Positions 12,387 through 25,400 of a stretch of DNA of 64,000 bases are shown piece after piece. A program made the translations under genes and the position numbers. The DNA is taken from positions 7,588,632 to 7,652,631 of the forward strand of contig CM119268.1 in the NCBI GenBank assembly GCA_051294375.1, in the 5' to 3' direction. Numbering within the stretch: the stretch's first letter is position 1; each line of letters starts with the position of its first letter. This DNA is from Paraspadella gotoi (taxonomy: Eukaryota; Animalia; Chaetognatha). Under the pieces are notes generated by a model that saw only the letters and a program-made list of their open reading frames with translations, was not told the DNA's origin and did no database searches.

Positions 12387-13409
12387 ATGGCGCCGAAAAC
12401 GCCGGTCGACGAGGAGGTTCGACGCCGCGAATGCTCGGGGACGAATTTCGCGCATTTCGATAAACGACGCCGACATTCGTCGTCGTCTTCGCCGGAAGAG
12501 ACGTCTCGACGGCGCCGTCCGATTCGCCGATTGTCTCGTCGATCCTCGTTTTCCTTCGCGTCTCCATCTCAATCTCTCTCTGACAATCGCCGCCTCTCTC
12601 TCGGAATCACCGACACCGCCACTACCTTAAACGACGCCGCCGCCGCCGCCGCCGCCAACGCCGCTGAGATCTCTTTCTCGTGCGGAGGGCGTTTCGACGG
12701 CTTGGAAAGCCTCGTCCACGAGATGGTCTCCGCGTCGTCCATATCAACGACGTCGCCGATTCGCCGGTCGTCGTCGTCGGAAATAAACTCGAGAGTCGAA
12801 AACGAAAAAGTCCGAGGATCGACTGAGAAATCGGAATCTGTCTCTTTTGAGGCGAAATCGCCCTATTCTGTGTTCAATTCGCCCTCTTTAAAGGCGAAAT
12901 CGCCCTATTCTGTGTTCAATTCGCCGTCTTTAAACGAGGAATCGCTCTCTTCTTCGTCCGAATTATCCTCTTCAAAATCCAGATTTCCCTCGACGAATCT
13001 CGAACCCTCCTCTCGGAATTTGACCGACATTTCTCGTCTGGAGGCGACACCTGCGCCCGACGTCGCCCGACGAACGTGTCGAATCGAGACGCGAGGATCG
13101 TGTCGGGCCAGGGCGTGTCGGGCGATCGAGGGTCATGCGATCGGGCGTCAAATGGCCACGCGTCGGGCGGAGTCGGGTTGGAGGAAGGATGCGATTCCGT
13201 TTCCGGTCGAGAAACCAGACGACGATAACAACGACGACGATTCTAATTCGTCGTCCCGGAAACATTTCCCCTTTCGGCGACGCGACGCGGCTTTGCGGTG
13301 CGGCCTGGACCGGCCCGGTGCCAGTTTGAATTGCGGCGCCGAGCCTCGCTTCGTTCGACTCCTGACGGTCGCCCTTTTCGCCCTCGTCGTCGTCTCGTCC
13401 GTGGAGCCG
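12387..13409 (+). CDS. Probable first coding exon of an unidentified gene: Ser/Arg-rich low-complexity N-terminus ending in a signal-peptide/signal-anchor-like segment; truncated by an N gap
   Basis: ATG in good context (ACGATGG) followed by 341 stop-free codons in a GC-rich island. A 42-bp duplication and (GCC)n both preserve the frame. The frame ends RFVRLLTVALFALVVVSSVEP at the gap (13410). Confidence 0.5.
12850..12933 (+). repeat. 42-bp tandem duplication (x2), in frame, AKSPYSVFNSPSL
   Basis: AGGCGAAATCGCCCTATTCTGTGTTCAATTCGCC(C/G)TCTTTAA occurs twice with one mismatch. Confidence 0.95.
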
Positions 13410-14387
13410 NNNNNNNNNNNNNNNNNNNNNNNNNNNNNNNNNNNNNNNNNNNNNNNNNNNNNNNNNNNNNNNNNNNNNNNNNNNNNNNNNNNNNNNNNNN
13501 NNNNNNNNNNNNNNNNNNNNNNNNNNNNNNNNNNNNNNNNNNNNNNNNNNNNNNNNNNNNNNNNNNNNNNNNNNNNNNNNNNNNNNNNNNNNNNNNNNGA
13601 GAGAGAGAGAGTGATTGTGACAAAGGTGTGTCTCTTCGCTTGCCGTCCTCCTTTCTCTTCCGTTTCGGGCACGAAAATCTAATTAGCATATCCACTCGCT
13701 CTCGCCACGCCGCGTGAGGGAGAGGGGATAGAGAAAGAGAGAGAGAGGGAGAGAGAGAGAGAGAGAATTGGAGATTCATGATGAAGGCTGTGACATTCCG
13801 ATTCGCCTTCCTCGAAAGGTTTACAGTCTTAACTCAAATGCTAAGAATTTATTTATTTATAAAAAGAAGAGAATTGAGGCCCCAATCTCGATGGAAAGAA
13901 AGAGAGAGAGAGAGAAAGGGAGAGATAGAGTGTGTGTCTCTCTTTAGCTAATTAACGTCGAAAACGACGGCAGAAAACGAGAAATGAGAAATTTAAATTT
14001 TAGATCACNNNNNNNNNNNNNNNNNNNNNNNNNNNNNNNNNNNNNNNNNNNNNNNNNNNNNNNNNNNNNNNNNNNNNNNNNNNNNNNNNNNNNNNNNNNN
14101 NNNNNNNNNNNNNNNNNNNNNNNNNNNNNNNNNNNNNNNNNNNNNNNNNNNNNNNNNNNNNNNNNNNNNNNNNNNNNNNNNNNNNNNNNNNNNNNNNNNN
14201 NNNNNNNNNNNNNNNNNNNNNNNNNNNNNNNNNNNNNNNNNNNNNNNNNNNNNNNNNNNNNNNNNNNNNNNNNNNNNNNNNNNNNNNNNNNNNNNNNNNN
14301 NNNNNNNNNNNNNNNNNNNNNNNNNNNNNNNNNNNNNNNNNNNNNNNNNNNNNNNNNNNNNNNNNNNNNNNNNNNNNNNNNNNNNNN

Positions 14388-14423
<36 letters not shown>

Positions 14424-15704
14424 GAGAAACCCCATTGCTGATGGCTCAAATGCGATGCGTGCGGATGCGTGGAGATAGATTTAAATATTTTTTTTTAATA
14501 TAAAAAGAATTAATGAAAAAATGTGAAAAGTTTTATTCCCGTCAGGATCGGCATTACTGTTTGGTAGAGATTTCTGAGCGTTGAAGGTAGTAATTTGCTT
14601 GGAAAAAAAAAGCTTGTCACGATTTGATATAAAAATGGAGAAGACGACTGTCGCTTGTAAAGAATCAAGGGGAGACGCGAACGACGCCGTCGAATCATTC
14701 GACCACACTCAATTATATCCATCTCTGCCTAGAACTCTCTCTTCCCCACACTCTGACCACACCGGCGTCGAATGGATTCAGCCCCAGTGAGGTTCCTCGT
14801 CACATTCACTTATACTGTCNNNNNNNNNNNNNNNNNNNNNNNNNNNNNNNNNNNNNNNNNNNNNNNNNNNNNNNNNNNNNNNNNNNNNNNNNNNNNNNNN
14901 NNNNNNNNNNNNNNNNNNNNNNNNNNNNNNNNNNNNNNNNNNNNNNNNNNNNNNNNNNNNNNNNNNNNNNNNNNNNNNNNNNNNNNNNNNNNNNNNNNNN
15001 NNNNNNNNNNNNNNNNNNNNNNNNNNNNNNNNNNNNNNNNNNNNNNNNNNNNNNNNNNNNNNNNNNNNNNNNNNNNNNNNNNNNNNNNNNNNNNNNNNNN
15101 NNNNNNNNNNNNNNNNNNNNNNNNNNAGAGAGAGAGAGAGAGAGAGAGAGAAATAGAGATGAAAAATCTGAACAAATGTTACTACTTTTCTCCGACATTT
15201 TTACGCCTGGTGGCGATGAGGTTTAGGTTAAAAAAACGTGTGTAAACCAAAAAATGTAAATCTTATTAAAACAACAAACAAAGATTTGAGCTTTTCTCTT
15301 CGCGGCCACCAGGAGTACGGAGACGTTAATTGGACAGTAAAGAAGCTCGTAAACTAGGTAAGGCGATTTTCGTTAAAAGGACCGCAGTGTCTCCACCTGT
15401 GGCTCGCCTCTCTCTCTCTNNNNNNNNNNNNNNNNNNNNNNNNNNNNNNNNNNNNNNNNNNNNNNNNNNNNNNNNNNNNNNNNNNNNNNNNNNNNNNNNN
15501 NNNNNNNNNNNNNNNNNNNNNNNNNNNNNNNNNNNNNNNNNNNNNNNNNNNNNNNNNNNNNNNNNNNNNNNNNNNNNNNNNNNNNNNNNNNNNNNNNNNN
15601 NNNNNNNNNNNNNNNNNNNNNNNNNNNNNNNNNNNNNNNNNNNNNNNNNNNNNNNNNNNNNNNNNNNNNNNNNNNNNNNNNNNNNNNNNNNNNNNNNNNN
15701 NNNN

Positions 15705-15737
<33 letters not shown>

Positions 15738-16566
15738 TTCTTGTCTTCCTTTTCTCGATCAGGTCGGTGACATTTGTTTTGAAAAAATGCTAACTTATCC
15801 GAAACGAAAACAGAAAATCAATTTTGAATTTTCTCTCATCGAAGCGGAACGGATTAAAAAGTATTTTTCTTTTTAGCGAAAGAAAAAGGACATCTAGAAA
15901 AAAAAAACAACAAAAGAAAACCCAATTATCAAAGTGCTGAAACAATATTAATCCTTAAAAATATATAGATACGTATGTTAATACAAAAAATAAGAAAAGA
16001 AAGAAAAGGAAAAAGTCTCTAACTGTTTCTCATCATTATTCACGTGTGCGACGAAAGCTTAGCGAGGCAGTTTTGAAGATGTCAACCATTGTCTCTCTCT
16101 CTCTCTCTNNNNNNNNNNNNNNNNNNNNNNNNNNNNNNNNNNNNNNNNNNNNNNNNNNNNNNNNNNNNNNNNNNNNNNNNNNNNNNNNNNNNNNNNNNNN
16201 NNNNNNNNNNNNNNNNNNNNNNNNNNNNNNNNNNNNNNNNNNNNNNNNTCTCTCTCTCTCTCTCTCTCTCGTTCCCTAGATCAACGCTAATTAGTCAGAC
16301 GAGCAAATCTCGGGCATAATTAAGTTAAAAGTCCTCAAACCAATTGATCTTAGACGCCGATGCCGAGACGAGTCGATCTTGATCGAGGAGGTTCACTCCC
16401 GGGGAGAAAGATATAGAGTGGCCGGTGGAGGTGCAGAAAAAGGGCGCACGTTGACAGTCACCTGATTGATAACAGAAAATACACAAGCTCGATTGCTTGA
16501 CAATTATAGAGATATTTTCTAGTTCACACATTATCGCACTAACTCACACACTTAATCAATCGATCG

Positions 16567-16567
<1 letters not shown>

Positions 16568-16649
<82 letters not shown>
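16568..16649. repeat. (ATCA)n tetranucleotide microsatellite
   Basis: About 20 units read directly. Confidence 0.95.
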
Positions 16650-16650
<1 letters not shown>

Positions 16651-19151
16651 ATTCTTTCTCATTATAAGTATTCTGTCCAATCTAGCAGAAGACCAAAGAA
16701 AAACGACGAAAGAAAAATAATCCTGAGAAAATCAGAGACCCTGGGGCGAAAACCATCCTTCGTTATATCAATTGATTTACGCTAATTTTCCCCCGTTTAA
16801 AAATAAAGAAAAAACGGTCGTTAATGACAGTGTGTCATTCGTTTAACGTTAATGACAACTTGACATCCCTTTAGCGCTCTGGCTCGGGGAAGACGTCGAG
16901 GGGAGAAGAAGGGAGGAGGGAAAATATGTCAGTCTTCTCGAGTTTTCGTCGCGATATATATATCGAGTTTGTTTTGTTTTTGTTTTGTTTCTAGTTTTTG
17001 TTTTTCGTTTTCGTCGATGGGGTTGATGTTTACTCTGACGTCTCATCGGTCCATCGTCCGTCTCACCCTCCAAACTAGAAATTTCTCCTAATTTCTCTTT
17101 CTTCGCGATTTTTCGCGGGGTTTTTTTTTTGTGTTTTTTTGTTTTCAGTTTTGTTTTTCGTCGTTTTGTTTGGATTTTTTTTATTTCCGTTTTTGAGCCG
17201 AAATTTCGCTTTTGTCATCGTTTTGTTCTTTTTTTTTTCTGTCCTCGCTTTTTTTTTTGTTGTTTATTGCGTCAAACAAAAGAAGAATNNNNNNNNNNNN
17301 NNNNNNNNNNNNNNNNNNNNNNNNNNNNNNNNNNNNNNNNNNNNNNNNNNNNNAACTCATTCGTATTTTTTTTAATTGATGAATCTTTGTTTTTTTTTTT
17401 TTAAATAAATTACTGTTAGGGAGCAAACAATTAAGTTTTAGAGTAAAGAGGCCGTCTCATCAGCTCAATGGATTGAACTTTTCCAAGGCGTGGAATCCGG
17501 GTGGTTCATCCCTCCGAGCTCAGATTTGATCTCATCTGTAGATTGAAAAGAACATGCAATTTCGTCTGAGTCACGATGTATCTGTCAAGACATTTGACGG
17601 TGGGAACCGCTTTAATTGAGTTCGATGGCAGAACCAGTGTTGACTCACTTTAGTATATCGGTTCTGATGATAGAAACTGCGTTGACTCACCCGGGAGTGT
17701 AAACTCTCTGAGAATTAAAGGTGGAGCCCTGGAGCCGTCGAAAGAGGAGAGTTGTCTTGACGAACGAAGGTTGACAATACGGAGAGACGAGTACGACGAA
17801 GAGAGTAAACGAAAGAAAGAAAAAGATGAAAGAAAGAAAGAAAGAAAGAAAGAAAGAAATAAAGAAATAAAGAAATAAAGAAAGAAAGAGAAAAAGAAAG
17901 CCAGAAAGATTCTACTAATTGGATTGAGTGAGCAATTGTTCATAATTACAAGAGCTCGTTACGGTTTTTCCCGATGAACTATTTGTCGGCCTCTCGGTTT
18001 CTCTTGATCGATCGCTGGGGCCAAGTCTGCTTCGCGAAAAGAGAAGTCTATTCTATTGATTGTTCACTTTGTTAATTACATTCTCAGTTCAGCCCTGGTT
18101 TAATTAGAAAGTTTAAACAAAAAAGAGCAATGGCGGTCGCTGTTTTTAAGTTAAGTCGAGAGGAAATCCCTTTTTTTGTTCGCTATTCATTCTCTATTAT
18201 TAATATTTTTTTTATTTCCTTACTTTACTTAAATATTACTTATTTGTACTTTTAAATTTACGAAATTATGAGTATTTACTTAAAATTAAAAACATTATTC
18301 TTATTTTCCTATATTTTTTTAAAGATTGTTTACCTAAATTTGCGATGAATTTATTTTTCCAGTACTTTGGCCCGTTCAAAATTACTTCTCATTAAGAAAC
18401 TAAAAAAAATANNNNNNNNNNNNNNNNNNNNNNNNNNNNNNNNNNNNNNNNNNNNNNNNNNNNNNNNNNNNNNNNNNNNNNNNNNNNNNNNNNNNNNNNN
18501 NNNNNNNNNNNNNNNNNNNNNNNNNNNNNNNNNNNNNNNNNNNNNNNNNNNNNNNNNNNNNNNNNNNNNNNNNNNNNNNNNNNNNNNNNNNNNNNNNNNN
18601 NNNNNNNNNNNNNNNNNNNNNNNNNNNNNNNNNNNNNNNNNNNNNNNNNNNNNNNNNNNNNNNNNNNNNNNNNNNNNNNNNNNNNNNNNNNNNNNNNNNN
18701 NNNNNNNNNNNNNNNNNNNNNNNNNNNNNNNNNNNNNNNNNNNNNNNNNNNNNNNNNNNNNNNNNNNNNNNNNNNNNNNNNNNNNNNNNNNNNNNNNNNN
18801 NNNNNNNNNNNNNNNNNNNNNNNNNNNNNNNNNNNNNNNNNNNNCGTTCAAAATTACTTCTCATTAAGAAACTAAAAAAAATACCATCAGGTACTTTTCT
18901 TATTTTTTTTATCTTCTCTCCCCCTCCTTTCTCCATTCTTTTCTCTTTGCTCCAAGAGGAAATAAAAAAGGAGGAAAAATAAAAAAAAGAAAAAAAGAAA
19001 AAGAAAAAAAGAAGGGGAAGAGAAGAGAAGGGGAAAAAAGGAAAGGAATTAGCGACGGGCATCAGTCGCGAGTCAAATTAGGAGCCTGGAGCTAAGAGAA
19101 AAGCGAAGGAAGACAAATTAGCGTTTCGCTCCAGAAAATCGTCTTATCCCG

Positions 19152-19441
19152 CGCCAGTGGCCCTTCCTATTCGGATTGGTTCCTCGTGCCATTGGCCCTT
19201 TTTTTGGGATTGGTTCCTCGTGCCAGTGGCCCTTCCTATTCGGATTGGTTCCTCATGCTATTGGCCCTTTTTCTGGGATTGGTTCTTTGCGCCAGTGGCC
19301 CTTCCTATTGGGATTGGTTCCTCGTGCCAGTAGCCCTTCCTATTGGGATTGGTTCCTCGTGCCAGTGGCCCTTCCTATTCGGATTGGTTTCTCGGGCCAT
19401 TGGCCCTTTTTTTTGGGATTGGTTACTCGTGCCATTGGCCC
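19152..19441 (+). repeat. 35-bp minisatellite, ~8 units (GCCAGTGGCCCTTCCTATTGGGATTGGTTCCTCGT)
   Basis: Head-to-tail units of 34-35 bp with alternating variants. Confidence 0.95.
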
Positions 19442-22400
19442 TAAAGAAAGAAAAGAAAAAAAAAAGAAAGAAGAAGAGAGAAATAAAAGAAAGAAAGAAA
19501 AAAAAAAAAGAAAGAAAGAAAGGAGGGAACAAGAAAAAAGGGAAAAGAAAAGAGATAGAAAGATAAGAAAGTGAAAAAGAAAAGAAAGAGGATTTAAAAA
19601 GACTCCCGGGCGCCTTCTTCTTAATACTTACTCATTTCGTTTTCCGTTGTCATTTTGATTTCTCTCTACTCTTTTTTGTTCATCTGTTTTCTGGCCCCTC
19701 TTTCTCTCCCTTTTTTTCTTTCTTTTTCCCCGAGCCCATTTCTTTTTTCTCTCTCGTCGTCGGTTTTCTTGCGTTTCTCAGTCTTTTTCTTTTTTTTCCT
19801 TCTCTTTATTTTTTATCCTTTCTATTTGTTTTTTTCAGCCCAAATTTTTCCCCCCCTTTTCTTTTTTCTTTTCTTTTTTTTTAAACTCCTTTTTTTTCTC
19901 CTTTTTATCGTTTTTTTTTCCTCCGCCCCCTTTCTCTGCGTTCGGTTTTTCTGTTCATGGACGCTTGAAAACCTCTTGACTTGACCAGAATGTGGTTTTA
20001 TGAGCGCCGCGAAGGGATTCTTTGCGCCCAAGTGTCCGCTCGCTGTTTTGCCTAGGCAACTGGACGCGTTGGAAGGATTTTACTTTTCTTCTTTTTTTTT
20101 CGGCTTCAGAACCAATGAGAAGAGAGGAGAGAGAGATGAGAGATTTTCTAAGATAGAGGAGGGAGATGAGGAGGAAGAGCTGGCGAGAGGAGATGGGAAG
20201 AGAGAGATGAGAGAGAGGTGCGTGAGAGAGGAAGAGAGAAGGAGCAGAGAGTTTCTTTGTGGCTATTCGGCGTGACTGGGAACCGAAGGAAGAGGAAAAA
20301 AAAAAAAAAGATGCTACACAGTTGTTTGGGAGAGAAGAAATTACCCACCTTAACCTAGTTTTGTGAGCACTGCGGGTGTGGATGGCAGTGGCTAAAACGA
20401 AGCTCGGCACCCAAAATTATTTGCGTTGTCAATTCGTCGGATGAGATGGATGATTTTTCCTCGCGCTGTTGGCAGTTGGAGTTTTACAAACGTTAATAGC
20501 ACTTGGTAACCAAGAATGTATTTCCTGTTGTTTTTGGGAGAAACTCGGGAAGTTGACTTCCTTCTGATTTGGCATTTCTTTAAGTATTCGCCCAAATTTT
20601 GCCGTCGCGGTGGAAAGAGAGTCTTTCTGATATTCAATTTGTGTGGTAGACTCGAAAATAGGGTCTAAATGTTTTTTTATCCGAAGATGAAATGCTTTGT
20701 GTCATAGTGTTGTATAATAATTGGATTTGGCGCTCTCTTGAAGTGAGAGAGAGGAAAAACATAAGTTCATACCTGACTATAATTATTTGTATCCCGGACT
20801 AGGAGACCCGCAGCGTGGGAGACCTACGGAGAGAATGGAGTGTATAAAAATCAGAGAAAGGCTGAATCTTCCGGAACCTTTGTTTTTTGAAATTAATATA
20901 TATGAATATATAAAAATCCGTTTGTAGATGTCACTCAGCGGTTCAGCATTTGAGCTAATATTCGCAGAGTTTAAATATGGGATTTTTTGGCTGTTTGTTG
21001 ATCATATATTATCGACTATAAGGCTAGGATATAATAGACGTTCGCCCTGATGATTAACTTCAATTTTGTACTCATCTGCCCTCATCTCATGTATGCCTCC
21101 TCAAACGCGGTATTGCATTGAAACAAATCAGTTCTGCCCTCATCTATGTAGGTCAAACCCCTTGGTAGTTCCCCCCCCCCGGTCTGCGATTCGTTTGTTC
21201 TGTTTTACATCTCGGCAATATCCCGTTCGATTGTTTCGCGATCATTGCGATCCTCGTCGATTTGTCGATGTCGTTTGGTAATGTGGATCCGAAGTGAACG
21301 TCGGCCTTGTCGAGAGAATAATCATGCGCTCAGAATTTCCGAGGACGTTTCCTCGAGGGGATGAGACTGGAAAGGTAGGGCTGTCTCTGAGTGTAAGGCG
21401 ACCAGGAAAAAAGCCATATGTTGCGCAACTCGAGGCGTAATCCGATACAATCCTGGCGCAGGCAATTACCGACTCCGCTCCGGCCAGACTCGATTCGCTT
21501 GACAGTTTCCTTTCGATTGGAGGACAATCCTTTCGATCGCCTGCAGTCAGTCGATCTGTGAACCATCGCTTCTTTCGCCGAAATCCACTTATCATCCCTG
21601 TTTCTCTACGAAGTCCTTCATTGCTCTATTCCACTTTAATGATAATACCGTTATAGTCCATCGACTTTATTCATTATTAACGATAGTAGAGGTTTTTTCA
21701 TTTAAAAACGCATTGAGCATAAGGGATTCCGTTGCAAATATACATTGTGTTGAAAAAACCTCAGACTCACTCAATGATATGGGATTTTTTTTCCGAAATT
21801 GCAACGTGCGATGAATGAGAAGAGATAAAGTGTGAAAATTCTGACCTCTTGAAATTACCGACCTACTGCCCCCCAGAACGATAAAATCCCTTAAAAACCT
21901 CCGTTCCTTCCCTCAATGCGATTCCGCCCCCCCCCCAACGCCCCCAACCGGCTCTCCCGCAAACCGCCTCTCCCCGTCAAGAGAAGCCGCAATCGACGGG
22001 CCCATCATCGATTATTTAATCCCCGTGGCGCTACGCTCTACCTCGATCCGCGTCCATCGAATCTCGCGAGTCGAGGAGCCCAGCGAGGGGCAGACGGTAG
22101 GGGGGGGAAGAGGAAGGCGCAGAATCGCCTTCCCCGAGGCGCGCCGCCACGGCGGAACGAGAAGGATCGTCAGCCGAAACGCGGAGATCTTGCGTCACGA
22201 GGGACTAGATGGATGTACTACAAGAAATAGCTCCGGGAATCGAACGGAGGGAGCGCGGGAGAGTTTCGCATCGCATCATGTTCGAGATGAAGATATTAAT
22301 TTTATAATCTTTGTGTAATTGCAACGAAGGATAGTGTCTCAGGATAGCATATTTGAGATTAGCAAACGCATTGAATAGATCGGGCATGACTGTTGTGTGA

Positions 22401-25400
22401 ATTATGGTCAGAATTTTCGTTTGTTTGTGGACGGCATATATAATAGTTGAATCGACATAGAATACGAGTGACGTTGCATTGCGCACGTCATGGAAGCGCT
22501 TTGGATTTCACTATAAAAAGTTTGAATATATAACCTAATTAATACGCCTCTCTGAAATATAATTAAAATCAGTAAAGAAATCAATTTTTTTGATACCATG
22601 TACTAACGAATCAGTAATTATGGCTCTGAGCACATTTTCAAAATGTTAAATAACATTGTATTTTAATGTCGTGTACTCTTTTCTTCTCAAAAGGTATTTT
22701 GTCACAATGTTTAGTGATAAAAGGGTAATAGTGACTAGTAAAGTTGTTAGGGCAAACGAAAACGCGCTAGCAGTACGGTCTTTGGGAAACCTTGAAACAC
22801 AAATATTTAACAAGACGGTCTCGTGTGTGCGCATAAGAGGGTCTCTAAGAGAGAAAGCAAGCTTTGTCTAATGTTGTTGTTTTTATGAAGTATTATTAAA
22901 TTTTTTTCAATTGACCAATAATTGGATGAATAGATATAAAAATTAGTGTTTATATAGAAATAATCCGCTATCTAAAAATTAAATATCATCTTTATCATCA
23001 TATGATAATTTGGAAATACGGATCATTTTATGTTGATTGTTGCTTATATTTTGAGGGTTCAAAAATGAAGACCAAAAAAAAGTTGTCGGACGTCCGTCAA
23101 TAATTTAGATAACCCGTATACTCTCACATAAGTAGTCATAGAGCTCTATACATACTCATATATAAACATTTAATATTTATTTACCTTTGTACTTGTCCAT
23201 AACAGCCATCAGCCAATTTTGAAAGATTCATTTTTTCCTCTTCAATACTTACTTATAGGAGACGTCCGCGGTAACCAGGTTATACCCATTAACATATCTC
23301 TCGAAGCTGCGATCATCGTCCGCTTTACGCCCGAAGTGTATCACTTCGCATCGGAGGAACTTTCCAAGACGTTGACGGTTGCAACCTCGTGCTTCCCCTC
23401 TGCGTGTTCTCCTGTTTTGCTAACTCCTAGTTCTCTTTAAAATGTTTTTATTGTTCCCTTTTAACGTGCAGAACATAGTGAATGTCACTGGTAAACTTTC
23501 TCATAATTGAAAATATAATTGATATGTGTCCATATGAGTCTCGAGGGGCACAGAAAGTTGTGCAAAAAGGGGAGATGGTATGCGTTATTAAAGAAAAGGT
23601 AGTTGATTAAGTAGTGTAAATATAAAAGAGAGTGGAGGAAAGGTAATTTACAAGTTGTATTGAGCAGGAAGCAAAGATAGGGATGGCATCAGTGAAGGAG
23701 AAATAGGGAGATATAAGGATAGATGGGAAGAAAACATATATCACAAGTATACATGATCTTTAATATTTAATGATTGAGATTGAGAATAAAGATAAGAAAA
23801 TAGGTTTGTAAGATTATTAGAATATAATTTATGAAGGGGTGAGAGTGGGTTAGATGTGTAAAAGTGTCAATATGTGAAAAAAATTAAGATGGAAGAGAAA
23901 AGTGTAAAGATGGAAAGAGAAAGAGGTGTAAATGGCAAAAAGAGGTTAAAAATAGATAAGAAAAATAGAGGTTTAAAGAGCAATAAAAAAGATACGTCGC
24001 AAACAATTGCTTTAAAAAAATGCGGAGGGAGGCGAGAGAAGAGAAAAGAAGATGGAGAATGAAAGAGAATGAGGGAAAAGGAGGAAGAAAAAGAGGAAAG
24101 AGAAGAGAGTTGAAGGAGAGGACAAGGGAGGAACAATAAAAGTAAGAATGAAGAGGAGATAATTTGTTTGTATTTGATTTAAAAGTGCAAAACAAAAACA
24201 TGATTTAAATAACTAGTCCTAGAAAACACAAACAAAAGGAAAATAGGTTTTTTGAGCGGATGATGCATGGTGAAAAGAGAAGGGATTGTTGGAAGGAGAG
24301 AAGATGAATTACTAGGAGAAAGAGGACAGTGCACGCACACGAGAATAATGATTGAATTAGAAATGTGGTCTGAGTGGAGAAAATGAGATGAGTGATGAAG
24401 ATTTAGAAAGTGAAATGAGATGATGACTTACATAGATTTTTAAAAATTCAAGATGTAACATGATGACAGAATTGAAGAATTGTGATTAACATAGAATGAT
24501 AATTAAAATAACTACGATGCAATACTGATGCTGACATTAGTTTGTGTCAAAAATCTGGATTGTAAGACGAAAAGATTAAGTGACGATAATGACGTATAAT
24601 TCCAGACTCTATTTGAAATCTTTACTATTTGCAAAAATGTGATGTAGATTCTTTCTGGTTTCCGGGGCTAGTTGGTCACCGGACGACCAAGAGTGTTGAG
24701 CGTAGAGTTCATACACGGAGAAATTCATAAGAGGCACGGACATGCCTGAAATTGGATATAAAAAATGTGAAACCATAAGAAATAAAAGAAGAAAGATGGA
24801 GAGGAATGAAACGGACTAAGACACAAGAGATACCATCAATCATTGAATTCTCATTACTTTGGTACAAACTCTCCTAACCCAGTTTTTAGTGGATCTGCTT
24901 ATGCAGCAGTCCCGACTGAAGGTTTCAAATTGGATGACAGATATCGACAAGTGGAATTTATAGTTTCTTGTAGAAAGAAAGAAAAAAAATTGGTGATTAT
25001 TGTGGTGATGATTTTAGAATGTTTTGTCTCTCTTTTTTCCCTACTCGTCTTTGTCTTTTCTCTTGCAGTACTCCTCTCTCGTCGTCAATGGACATCTGTC
25101 GGTTCCTCTCTCGCTCTTGACTTTTGAGCTTCTCCCTCTCTCTATCTCTCATCTCTACTCGTCTCTCTCTTTCTCTCTCTCGCTGTGGTTCTTCTCTCAT
25201 CATCTTACTGTGTGCGTCCCGGCAAGCCGAGTGGAATGAGTTAAAATGGAAAACGCAGAGAAGAAAGAATTTTTATTATTACCACAATACTCTTTGGAAC
25301 GCTACCGCAGATGACTTATCCTCAACAGTCGCAAGACGCCCATTGTTTTTTTATTTCTTGTGGTGTACGACTCCGCGACTGTGAAATTGAGTTCGCATTT

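Noticed and set aside
18373-18883. 39-bp direct repeat flanking a 433-N gap as a target-site duplication
   Set aside because: The identical sequence sits exactly at both contig ends, which is typical of an unmerged contig overlap.
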